From Hormiphora californensis (lineage: Eukaryota > Animalia > Ctenophora): a DNA stretch of 64,000 nucleotides. Made by a program: the position numbers and the translations under genes. The notes under the pieces were generated by a model. It was not told the DNA's origin and ran no database searches. It worked only from the letters and a program-made list of their open reading frames with translations. Numbering within the stretch: position 1 is the first letter of the stretch; every line of letters begins with the position of its first letter. The stretch covers positions 1,736,001 through 1,800,000 of the forward strand of contig CM035360.1 of NCBI GenBank assembly GCA_020137815.1, in the 5' to 3' direction. Shown here in pieces: positions 25,669 to 36,644 of this stretch.

Positions 25669-26355
25669 GCGAAATGAAACACACACAGCTTGTAATTTGA
25701 ATGGGGAAGGAGTGCAGTATGGCTTATTAATGATTTTAGGGCGGGGACCTTTAGATCTTTCTTGAACTAGCATGATTTTAACCGTTGCCATTTGGCGGGT
25801 TGTACCAGTGTGCTCAGAGCGGGTATGCTGGCGGGTGAGGGCGGGTGTTAGTTTTGTGCAAAAGAAAGTCAAATGAGAGTGAGCACAGTTATCTAAATGT
25901 ATTTCATTTATTGTTTTATTTTATTATTTTCGTTTACAAACACCTTGTTTTGCAATAATTGTCTAACGGGTAAAGAATAATAACAGGTTAATGTACACGT
26001 AACACAATTCATAGCGGTGTCCGCCAAATACGGAGTATTATATTTTATTTCAATTTCTATGTTGTGGCGGAAGAATTATCTCGTGAAACTATATCGATAT
26101 ATATATTTGAGTTGTTAGAAGATATCTTTCAAACTCCAAGTTCATCGTTGGCTTGCTAGAATCTAGATTGAAATAATAATGTATCATATAATAGTTCTGT
26201 ATTTCATTGTTTAACTCAAATACACTGCACACGTTCTGACACTATATATACATAGTGTCATTCCAAAGTCATTGCAAATCCCCCATCTCATTTCTCTCTA
26301 CACTCTCCCTCTACCCCATTACTGTCCTCCACAGTCATGATGTCATGATCACTCA

Positions 26356-26490
26356 GATTCAATACCGGCCATTACCAGAGTAGATTCAACTTTCAATACC
26401 GGCCACTATCATATCACTTATCAAAGTAGTTAGTAGATTCAATACCGGCCACTATCACTTATCAAAGTAGATTCAATACCGGCCACTATC
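26356..26490. repeat. Degenerate ~22-bp core repeat in the putative 3' UTR
   Basis: ttcaataccggccactatc x4. Confidence 0.8.
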
Positions 26491-26578
26491 CGTATTTAGA
26501 ACAGTAATGGGAGAGATAGAGAATATCACGCGTCATCTCTCTCTATCTCCCTTTCTAATATCTTTCTCTCTCCCTCTT

Positions 26579-27724
26579 TTACTGCTGGTGCTGGTACTGG
26601 TTTGAATACATCCGTGTATTCATTCCTGGCATCTGAAAAAGGTAAAACCTGTCAGATAACAATTATAGTATAACTTTGCCTTGCTCTTTACACATCTAAA
26701 GGAGGGTTAGAACGTAACAAGTATTATATAACTCATCATTGCATGGTTCAACATTCATTCTTCAACCATTCTTGCACCAATTCTACGGTCCAATCATATT
26801 ACCTGGTTATAGGGCATCCTCTGCATTGGCCCAGCCCCGGGCGGAAGATTCTGTCGGTGCGGGTTCACATTGGCAGGGAGGGGGATCTGGAGAACTTGTC
26901 GGTGAGGTCGGGGCTGCTGCTGGGCTTGTGGCATGTATTGACCGTGATCCACATACCCTGTAGAAGAGGGGGGAGGAGGAGTGAATTATTGCGAGATCCT
27001 GTTCCATTCCTATTGTATTCAGAGATAGGAATACTTGGCAGTGAAATGTAACTAATTTCGTCAACGGTCATATTGGGAGTTTGAAGATAAGAACATGACA
27101 CACGAAACCGGATCAGTTTCGTTTAGGGAATCTAATAGAATACCAGTGTTACCCACTCACCTCTAGGAACGGTTCCAGGTTGAGCTACTGCCTGATACTG
27201 GTACTGGGATCCTCGGTCCATATGGCTGACCCATCAGCATAGCTTGCCCTGTGAAACGGAGCGGTGTTGTTGCTGGAAGAAACGCGCGTTCTCTGTGCGC
27301 GCAATCCTCGCGCCGAAGAACCTCATATTATGTCACCGCGCCCTACCTTGGCTGGTCATTTGTTTGGGCAAATTTGGATCGAGAGTGGCTGGGCCAGGGG
27401 GGACGGGTCCAGCTGACTGCATCACAATCCCAGGTTGGGCCGCCATGTGCATGACCCCTCGAGGGCCCATAATGGCTCCCTGGGCTCCCATTGCCTGTTG
27501 ATTTGCTGCCATTGCCGATGCAGGCATCATTTGGACAGGCATCCGGGGCATTGGTTGCCCTGATTTAGGTGCCATGCCTGGTGGGGTTCCAGCAGGGACC
27601 ATGTAGCCAGGCGGAGCATATCTTCCCCTTATGGGCTTTGCCTGGAGAGAAGTTGATTTAGCATGATAGTACAAATGTAGTGACACGGAATGTCGCTCTC
27701 CTCCGAAAACCTCAACCTTCCTCT

Positions 27725-27768
<44 letters not shown>

Positions 27769-28353
27769 GGGGGGGGGTTGTTCCACAACTGGTACAATTT
27801 CTCGCAGAGTGCACGACATATTACAGCCATGTAGTATAACAAAGAGGGGTGTTTATAGATTATAACTTACCATGACCATGCCCTCAGGTTGGGATCCTCT
27901 AATTGGTCCTCCCATGGTAGGTTTGGGTGATATTTTGGTGGCTGTTGGGGGGCTTTGTCCAACTGGGGTCATTGGGCTGTGGGAGGGAGCCAGAGAGGGA
28001 GAGATGGGGGACTGTTTGAACTGTTTTAAGTGGGACATTCCACCGTGATACGCCGCCTGGGGGGGGGGGGGGCATTAGAATAGAGTAACTTGGGAGCAGG
28101 GGTAGTTGCTGGGGTCCCTACTGCTACACACTCTTCTAATGTGAAATTTATATATCATGGAATGAAATGATCCAACATGCCCTAAAAGGTCCACTAATCT
28201 CTCATCCTGACGTCACTACGTTATCACAGATGTGACGTCACACAGTTGATCCTATGTGACAATACCTCTTTAGTTGGGGACAGTAGGTCCATGAGGGGGT
28301 GGCTGGGTCGGCTGAGGGTCAGTACCTATCTGTTGCGTCATCGAGGCGACCAT
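26579..28353 (-). CDS. Pro/Gln/Gly/Met-rich low-complexity protein (~287 aa visible; may be the 3' part of a larger gene)
   Basis: Exons 28353-28266, 28056-27871, 27641-27347, 27248-27161, 26957-26803, 26632-26579, all GT-AG. Phases close if one base is removed in each of the two 88-nt exons. Ends MPGMNTRMYSNQYQHQQ*. Confidence 0.65.
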
Positions 28354-28395
28354 CTGATGATAAATAGTAGGGTGATGAGTTGATAATTTATATTT

Positions 28396-28887
28396 TTGGG
28401 AATTTCTCAATACCCCAATATTGATAATGAAGAAAAGTTTCCCCCATTACCTTTTTATTTCTTTTTTTTTTTAAAAAACCTTTTGGGGGAAAATCTTTTT
28501 TGGTTTTTTCTTTATTTCCCCCCTAGGTTTTTTTTGGGGGGGGGGAAAAAAAAAAAAGGGGGAAAAAAAAAGGGGGGGAAAAAAGGGAAAAAACAAAAAA
28601 AGAAAAAAAGGGAGAAAAAGGGGGGAAGGGGGGGAAAGGAGGGAAGAAAGGGGGAAGGGGGGGAAAAAAAGGGGAGGGGAGGGAAAAAAAGGGGAGAGAG
28701 AGGGAAAAGAGAGGGAGGGGGAGAGGTTAGGGGGGAAAGAAGAGATAAAAAGGAGGAGAGAGGAAGAGATAAAGAAAAGGGAGGCGGGGGGAAAAAAAAG
28801 GGGAGGGGGGAGGGGGAGGGAAGGGGGGAGATGGGGGGTAGGGGGGGAAAAGGGGGGGGGGGGGGGGGGGGGGGGGGGGAAAAGGGG

Positions 28888-28926
<39 letters not shown>

Positions 28927-29024
28927 TGGGGGGGGGGGGCGGGGAAAAAATTTTGGAAAAAATTTAAAAAATAAAAAATTTTTTTTGGGGGTTTGGGTTT
29001 TTGAATTGAAGGGGAGAGGGGGCG
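28396..29024. other. Garbled homopolymer-rich block, probable low-quality consensus
   Basis: Almost entirely G, A and T runs; the overlapping G/K-rich and P/F-rich ORFs are compositional artefacts. Confidence 0.75.
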
Positions 29025-30816
29025 TCAAGAATAGCCAGGTTGATTGGAGAGATTGTCAACTATTGATAGATTGATCTCCTCTTCACCCACACCGCATCTT
29101 ACCCTAATCTCATCTCCCTTTGTTACCTTTTTAGGTTCTATAACTGTCCAACAATCCACCTTTGAGTAATAGCGATCCTCTAAGAATACCGGTTGTTGCG
29201 GGGCGGTGTTGTTTTCGAACCAAAACCCTGGGATAACTAACAAGTTTGTAATTATTCCATCCTCTTTGATCTCCAAACTGACTGACTTACTGCCATTCTT
29301 TTCCAACGGAGTTAGCCTGATTTTCCCGCTCAGTATTGTGTGTTTATACTCCCATAAGTGTATAGAATTCAATGCCTCCCGTCCCCTGAGCTCCCCGTGA
29401 TATTGTTTAACCAGGTTTGTGAAGGGCCGCACATCCACCCCCTCCACTGTGGATGGAGGTATCGTAGTGCGGTGAAGTTGCGGACATTCCACAGCACACA
29501 GATACAAATCCACACTAGTTGGTGTAGTTGGGACGGGAGGGGATACTGTTGTGGAGGTAGCTGCTGTAGTAGGTGAGGGGAAGTGGTTGTAGTAGTCAAG
29601 TGATGAGATGTGAGAAGAACTGAAGCAGGGTATATGTTTGGAATCAGGGGGTCCTGCTTTGTATAACTGTTGGAGCTGGGAATCATTAGCAAGACCTAGG
29701 AATCTGGGTAGAAGGGGGAGATAGTCCATGCCGACAATGCAGGTTGAGCAGGCCTGCACTGGATTGATAGAGATCTCTAGCTCAATAACTGACACTGTAA
29801 TCTTCTTCACCTCATCACATAAAAAGTATAATAGCGGCATCCAATGCTCTCTAAACCCCTGGTATTGATGATCTGATTTAGAACCCAATTTAGGTGGTGC
29901 TATACTGATAGTAGTACCAGGACCAAACAAGGTACTACTCCACCAGATCAGCACCCCACTAGCATTAGTTGGTAGAGACACCACCCCACTGTCACCCTCC
30001 CACCCCTCCTCCATGCCCTCCATACTCCACCTCCAATCTCTAACAGTCATCACCTCACCCAACATCTCCAAATCATCCATCCTCTCCGTGTGTATCTCCC
30101 AAGGTTGAACCAAGTTGGTACAAACCACACTGTCCCCCTCTGTAGTCCGGTAATACCCGTTAAGAGAGGGACAAGTGAAGGGTTGGAGGTACAGGGTGGC
30201 TTGTTCAGGTACCATAATACAATCAGGAGCTGCTAGGTAGGTTAGAGCATGTCTGTATGTGTCGAGACACCCCTCACCAACCAACGGACTGTCATATATC
30301 TCACTGATTATCAGATTGAAATATCCAATTAGATGGGGATGTGTTGTGTGGAGGGAGGTTGATGAACCGTTAATTAGGGTGATTACCGCGCCATTAATGT
30401 TTGCAATTTGCTGGGCAACGATTATCATTGTTTCACTGTAGTCGCAAGCAGTGACCTCTTCTGCACCGGCTTGGTAGGCGAATATGGCCAGGAGTCCAGT
30501 ACCTGTACCTGTTGGGGGAGAGAGAGAACATGTTTATATACTGATAAAATAAAGCATGGGGCTAAAGATATATATCGGAAGGGGGCTACAAGTTGTTTCC
30601 GTCCTTCATGTTTCCCCTAACCACTCTGCGTTTAAACTCATAAAATCACTAACTAAATTGATTCCTACCTATATCGAGAACTCTGACGGATTGTCCCCTA
30701 GCATGTATCTCCTTCACCGCATTATTGATGGCCCTTTTATAGCACCTGTTCCTCACATGATCGTGTAGCATGCCTTCGTGCCCATTCGTCAATATCTCGT
30801 CTGTGTCTATCACCAT
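29025..30816 (-). CDS. PRMT7: Protein arginine N-methyltransferase 7-like, ~543 aa, 2 exons
   Basis: Exons 30816-30669 and 30508-29025. MLHDHVRN, VLDIG|TGTGLL, VTACD, double-E loop SEIYDSPLVGE, EHW loop; second-module remnants PRF...ND, VEGVDV and HLWEY. The stop abuts low-quality sequence, so the end is less certain. Confidence 0.88.
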
Positions 30817-32883
30817 GCTACAACAGAGATGTATAATTAGTGGCTAAGTGATGTGAATGTGATGTGTGATTAGAACTAAAAATATGACATTGTGATTCAT
30901 TTTGGTTTCGTTTTGTGAACTAGTTGATGTATTCCGTTGCTTTGACTAAAATATTGTACAGAAACCAATTGGAGCTATAAGAGAGGTTTCATTATATAAT
31001 GTTAGCTACTGAGTAACGTGCAGTTCACAGTGGAAGGAACTAAGAAGTTGGGAAGGTGGGAGTGGGTTAAAAAGGTTACCGATAGCTAATTACTCGGGAT
31101 GCCGCTAAGTGGTGTTTCCGATATAATATATATGCAGGGAACTAGCTTATTGCTGCAGTTTGTTCGTGGTTGTTATTTGATGTGTAGCGTCGACAAAACT
31201 TTGGAGAAAATGTGGGGTAAAAGAGAATGGGGGGGTAGGAGAGAGTGGGGGAAAGTATGTGGAATGCAAGTATGAAGCATCTAGAATATTCTTTATCATT
31301 TTTATAGGACATACGTTATTATATGGTGCGTCAAATACCGGCTTATTGAATAATTATTTCTCCGAAAAATTGCAAAATTTCATTTAATACGTGTCTTCTT
31401 CAAGTTGTTTTACCCCTTTTTCTAGCCAGACAAGTTGCCCTCTCTTTTGTAGCCCCTCCTCTTATCTCAAAAATGCTAAGCTTAGGTTATTCTCGGTCAT
31501 CGAGCCTTTGTTTATCTTCGTTCAATTATAGATCTATGCCGTAAACCACTCGGGTCTAGGTACTGCAAGGTGCTGCACCAGCACTACAACGATGGGGCTA
31601 GGTCTCATTTTCTTCTTCTTATCGCATATTATTTCGATTATATCTTTCATTGCATGACTATGATTTCATATGTATAACGGTTCCTGTACCAGCTATAACA
31701 GTTATATATATTAGCTTCCCTTGAATAGAAGCAGACGAGATTTGTTAATCTCGAGTCGTTACAAACTATTTTCCCTGACCGCACGTGATATTAATAAGGC
31801 TCATCAGGTGTATACGTCATAGTAAAGGTATCTATAATCCTAAAATATGCAAATATCTCGTTAGATTATATAAAGAGATTATATCAAGGTTATATTACAT
31901 GTCTAAAATTATTCCTAATCTCTAGTTGTTAAGAATCCTCTGTTCTTACTGATCCGTACGTGTGTCACGTTGTACTCAGGGGTCATGTTGTGCTGGTTCA
32001 ATTTAGAAGATTGTTTTGAAAAGAGAGCTACCGGAAGTTGTTCTTCTACAAAGGTGGGACATGGTGTTTTTTCTTAGTACACCACCGAACTTCACCGAAC
32101 GTGGTTGTTAACAACTGGAATTGACGTCCACTACTGACGTAATGTTTACATTTCTACAGTTTACTCAACACTACAAAAGCCGATTGCTAGTAGTACTAGG
32201 AGAAGTAACGTTATGTACTAGCTGCTACACTTGTTTTATTCAAACCCTGTGCGTTGAGACAGGGTCGAGCAAGTATAAGCTGCTAGACAACCAGTTTGGT
32301 AGCTATTCTGCCCAGTAATACTAGTGTAACATTACGTAGTAACATGTCTTGCAGGTGTTTGTTGTTGTGCAGTGCGTCGTACAATAACAAACGTTGCTCT
32401 TCACACATTTCCCTCTTTTCCTCCCTTCTCCTTGGCTTTCTCCCTTTCTCTTGGCCCTTTCTTCTAGAACCATTTCTCACATCATAACAAACAGTCTCCA
32501 AGTCTAATGTTTACTCGGGGCCACATCACACCGGCCTCATGTGACGCCTTTCAGGCCTATTACTACTGCCCTCTTTTTCCGGTGCTGCAACAAAGCTCTC
32601 TTTGAACAACTCCTCTCACTTCCTGTGCTACTAAAATACCTCGTGATGTTGTTACTTCCCACACTTCAAACATTGTTGTGTTTATTGTGTGAAACAGATT
32701 GGAACTTCTTGTAGACCAGGAAACTAGGCCATTGTCGAGGAGTTTTTTGTTTCTTAGCCTCACAACAAACCAGTTGGCACTTGTGTTATCTCGAACTTTT
32801 GTTGGCTATATGTTTAATCTTCTTTGCAAAAGGTTTTCCCACAACTTGTCTGTTTCCAATCTTTTAAATATACCAGTTACTTC

Positions 32884-34048
32884 AAGTATCACTGCGCTGG
32901 CAAGCGCAAAGGTGGCCCCATCCCATCCCCCCAAAACTTTTCCCGAAAAAGTGGGCCCGCTTGCCAACAGCGTAGATATAACAATTTTGAAGTTTTAGCC
33001 CATTTTGGCACTTTTCGACCCCTCCTAACTCCGGAACCAGATGAGCTAGGAGGCTGAAATTTGGTACTAAGAAGCTTCACATAGACCTCTACTGACGGTA
33101 ACAATTTCAAGTAGCTAACTCATTCAGGTCGCAAGTTATGACACCACCCCCAAAACAGAAAATTCAGTGTGGCGATAGGTATATAGATATAAATATATAT
33201 ATATAGACGCTTCACTGTGTAACACTTGTAGCCCGAACCATGCTAGTTAGAGACTTGAATCAAGTTTTATCCGTTAGCAAATCGTTCGGGGCATGCATTA
33301 GTTAAGGTTTCGAGTGAAAATGTCCACTATGACGGGCGTAATGACGTCACAACGTGACGTCATTAAAAAAATACCAGACCAAGTATTTTTAAACGCCTCT
33401 AGCACCCTCGAGACGTATTCTGATTCCTGATTTGACGAAAAATCGTTAGTGGCAAATTGTCTGAACTTTCAGATACTATATTGTGAATTTCTGTAACGTG
33501 TCATTTTCAGACCTTAAAACGCGTCGGAACTCGAAAATTTGATATGAAAATCTACATAAAAAACTCACATTTCGTGCAATAACTTCAGTTCTTGACTACC
33601 ATGACCTTTAAAACTTTCCATACGTTTAATGCTTCATTGGCCGAATAGTCTGTCATAATTTTTTACGTCGTCGTGACGTCACATGTGACGTCACGACGTC
33701 GAATTTTAAAAATTTCGTCAAACCAGTTTCCTACAACCCAGGATACATTTGAATTACACTTGAACACTTTAGTTGACAATTAGCTTAGTTGTTTGAGGTC
33801 ATGAATGACCTCAAACGACCAAAAAAGAGTACAAATTTAGAGCAAAAACTAATTTAAATTAGTTCGCCAGAAAGGTGGCCCATTTTGAACTTACTCCTTC
33901 ATTTCCGTCACCTTTGAGTTGATGCTTCAAAGACATTGAGGTATCCGTAAACTTTTCCGCCTTCAACTCAAAGGTGACGGAAATGAAGGAGTAAGTTCAA
34001 AATGGGCCACCTTTCTGGCGAACTAATTTAAATTAGTTTTTGCTCTAA
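32884..34048 (-). mobile_element. Helentron-associated (DINE-1/HINE-like) non-autonomous element
   Basis: subTIR aaaggtggccc at 32908 next to hairpin tgcgct-ggca-agcgca; inverted partner gggccaccttt at 34004 within an 86-bp inverted repeat (33837-33922 / 33963-34048); internal (AT)n at ~33180. Confidence 0.6.
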
Positions 34049-34085
34049 TTACTAACTATGTTACTTCAGTTTTAGCTACAGCATC

Positions 34086-35896
34086 ATGGGCAGTTTTATG
34101 GATTTGGATCAGGGTGGTAAAGTCCAGGCCTACTACATTTGGATTGATGGCAGCGGACAGAATCTCAGGTTCATTTAACTTTTAAACAGTGCCTTTTGTT
34201 AGAATCTAAAGAGCCACATTTGATTTTGAATATTTCCTTTCAGAGGTAAGACTAAGACTATGGACGGACCAATAAAATCAGTAGACCAGCTGCCTGTGTG
34301 GAACTTTGACGGATCCAGCTGCGAGCAATCGGAGGGAGTCAACAGTGATGTTTACCTCAAACCTGTTTCTATTTTTAGGTGAGTACACTGCAGTAGTTGT
34401 ATCAAGGCTTCTGGCTTTACTTGGTTGTTGCATAGACGATTACAAAGCCCAAATCTTCGTTATTTGTAATTAAAGAAGCGTTTGTAATACCCTGAAACAA
34501 CCAATCCCCTCTCTTTCTCCAGGGATCCATTCCGAAGGGGTGACAACATTTTGGTGATGTGTGAGTGCTACACATTCGATGACAAGCCCCACCCCTCCAA
34601 CAAAAGAAGTGAATGTCTGTCTGTGATGGAAAAAGTAGCGGCAGAACATCCTTGGTTTGGTATTGAACAGGAGTACACCCTTTACGAGACAGATGCTGTC
34701 ACACCCCTGGGATGGCCCAAAAATGGGTTCCCTGGACCTCAGGGCCCTTACTACTGTGCAGTGGGCGCTCAGAATGTTTATGGACGGAAGGTGGTAGAGG
34801 CTCACTACAGGGCGTGCATGTATGCAGGGGTCAAGATTGCTGGATCAAACGCTGAAGTCATGCCCTCTCAGGTGGGAATTTCAATGAAACCTTACTTCCG
34901 CTTTTATGAAACGTTTCCTTGTTTTAAAAATTGCCTATTAGATTTGTAATCTGGTATAGAAACTTTCCTTGTGTTTCAGTGGGAATACCAAGTAGGGCCC
35001 TGCGAGGGAATCGATATGGGCGATCACCTTTGGGTTTCCCGGTGGATTTTGTGTCGGGTTGCCGAGGAGTTCGGTGTGGTTGTTAGCTTTGATCCTAAAC
35101 CAAAATCTGGAGAGTGGAACGGTGCTGGGTGCCATACTAACATCAGGTAAGGTCTAAAGGAGGATTATCTTTTAGTAGGTGTAGCCAAGCTCTATCGCCC
35201 AATGAAATGACTGACCTAAGATTTCATGTTCAAAAAATATTTTTATTAATTTCTAACTCCGTTTCCTTCCCAGCACCCTAAAGATGCGTCAGGATGGGGG
35301 AATGGCCCACATGGTCACAGCTATAGAGAAAATGAGTCACAAACAGAGAGAACACATTGAGGAATATGATCCTAAGAAGGGGGAGGATAACAGCCGTCGA
35401 CTAACTGGACGACACGAAACCGCTAGGTAAATCAACTCTTGTTTTTGTTGGATAAACTTTTTCAAGAATCCTTCACTGGAGAAATATGGATTTTACCGGT
35501 TAAATTGTTTTGCTTACTAGAAAATTAAATCTATCCCCCTGTTTCAGTATTGATAAGTTTAGTTATGGAGTAGCACACCGTGGAGCTAGCATTAGGATAC
35601 CCCGTCAATGTGACAAGGATGGAAAGGGATACTTTGAGGTAAGACACTCTGACAGAGATCTGCAGGGATATCAATAATCAAGCAGCAGTATTATATTTGT
35701 TCCAATCTCTCTTGCCTAGCTCGAACTCCTTATCGCGAGCTCCGCTTACAAATTTAAAGGAGGGTTAGAACATAACAACATCTCTCTAGCTGATTTCTAA
35801 CCAGTTTCCCATTCCTAGGATCGAAGACCAGCTAGTAACTGTGACCCGTACAGTGTGACGAGTCGAATCATGAGGACTATCTGCGATCTGGACTAG
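34086..35896 (+). CDS. GLUL: Glutamine synthetase type II, canonical copy, 351 aa, 7 exons
   Basis: Exons 34086-34168, 34244-34378, 34523-34871, 34980-35146, 35274-35426, 35548-35638, 35819-35896. Motifs [57 protein letters not shown] and YFEDRRP. Confidence 0.97.
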
Positions 35897-36644
35897 GAAA
35901 TTAAAGAAATATAGGGACAGTTCACATCTTATGTAGAATCGGTACCTGGGTGTGTTTCGTGTTTTGATGGGAATGAAAAAAGAGAGAAAAATTGAAAGAT
36001 ATAACAGAGAAAAAATAGAGTGAGAGAGGAAGAGAGAGAGAGAGAGAGAGAGATAACAGATATAATGAGAGATATATTTATGAGTGAATATGTAGGATGA
36101 TATATATGTTGTACTAGTGGATTTGGTCGACCGGTTTGACCCCCCCTGACCCCTGTTCGGATGAGTAGCTAAAATAATTTTATTCAAATTAAATCACAGT
36201 TTTATTTCTTGATCACTGATAAACGGTAAAAAATAAACTTACTGAAGTCAGAATGGTTCTGGTGGAAAATTATGCTCTGTGAGTCGAGTGTAAAGAATCT
36301 GTGCATTAGGGGGCTGACCGAGAGAGTTCTGGGGTCTTCGTATGACTGATCTGATGAGAACGATTTAACGGTTCGACGAATCGTAAGACAACCGAAAGCA
36401 CTACAAGTATGTACTGATTGTACAATCAGATACACTTCATTTGTATCTCTCTTTCTCCGTAGTATCTCTCTCACATTCTCTAAATTCTCTCTCAATGACT
36501 CATCAATGACTTTGCCTAACTAGCATCGTTAACATCTCAACACTGTATTTACACGCCGTTACTTTTCTAAAAAACACCCGATCTTGTTGTTGCTTAGTTT
36601 GCTTCGTTTCTAATCCTAACTCGAGGTCTACAACCAACAGCACC

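Noticed and set aside
28396-29028. Gly/Lys-rich and Pro/Phe-rich overlapping ORFs; potential G-quadruplex block
   Set aside because: Homopolymer-dominated sequence typical of poor consensus; not interpretable without reads.
36345-36390. Possible hammerhead ribozyme core (ctgatga-gaac...gttc-gac)
   Set aside because: The required GAAA after stem II is absent and stems I/III could not be formed.
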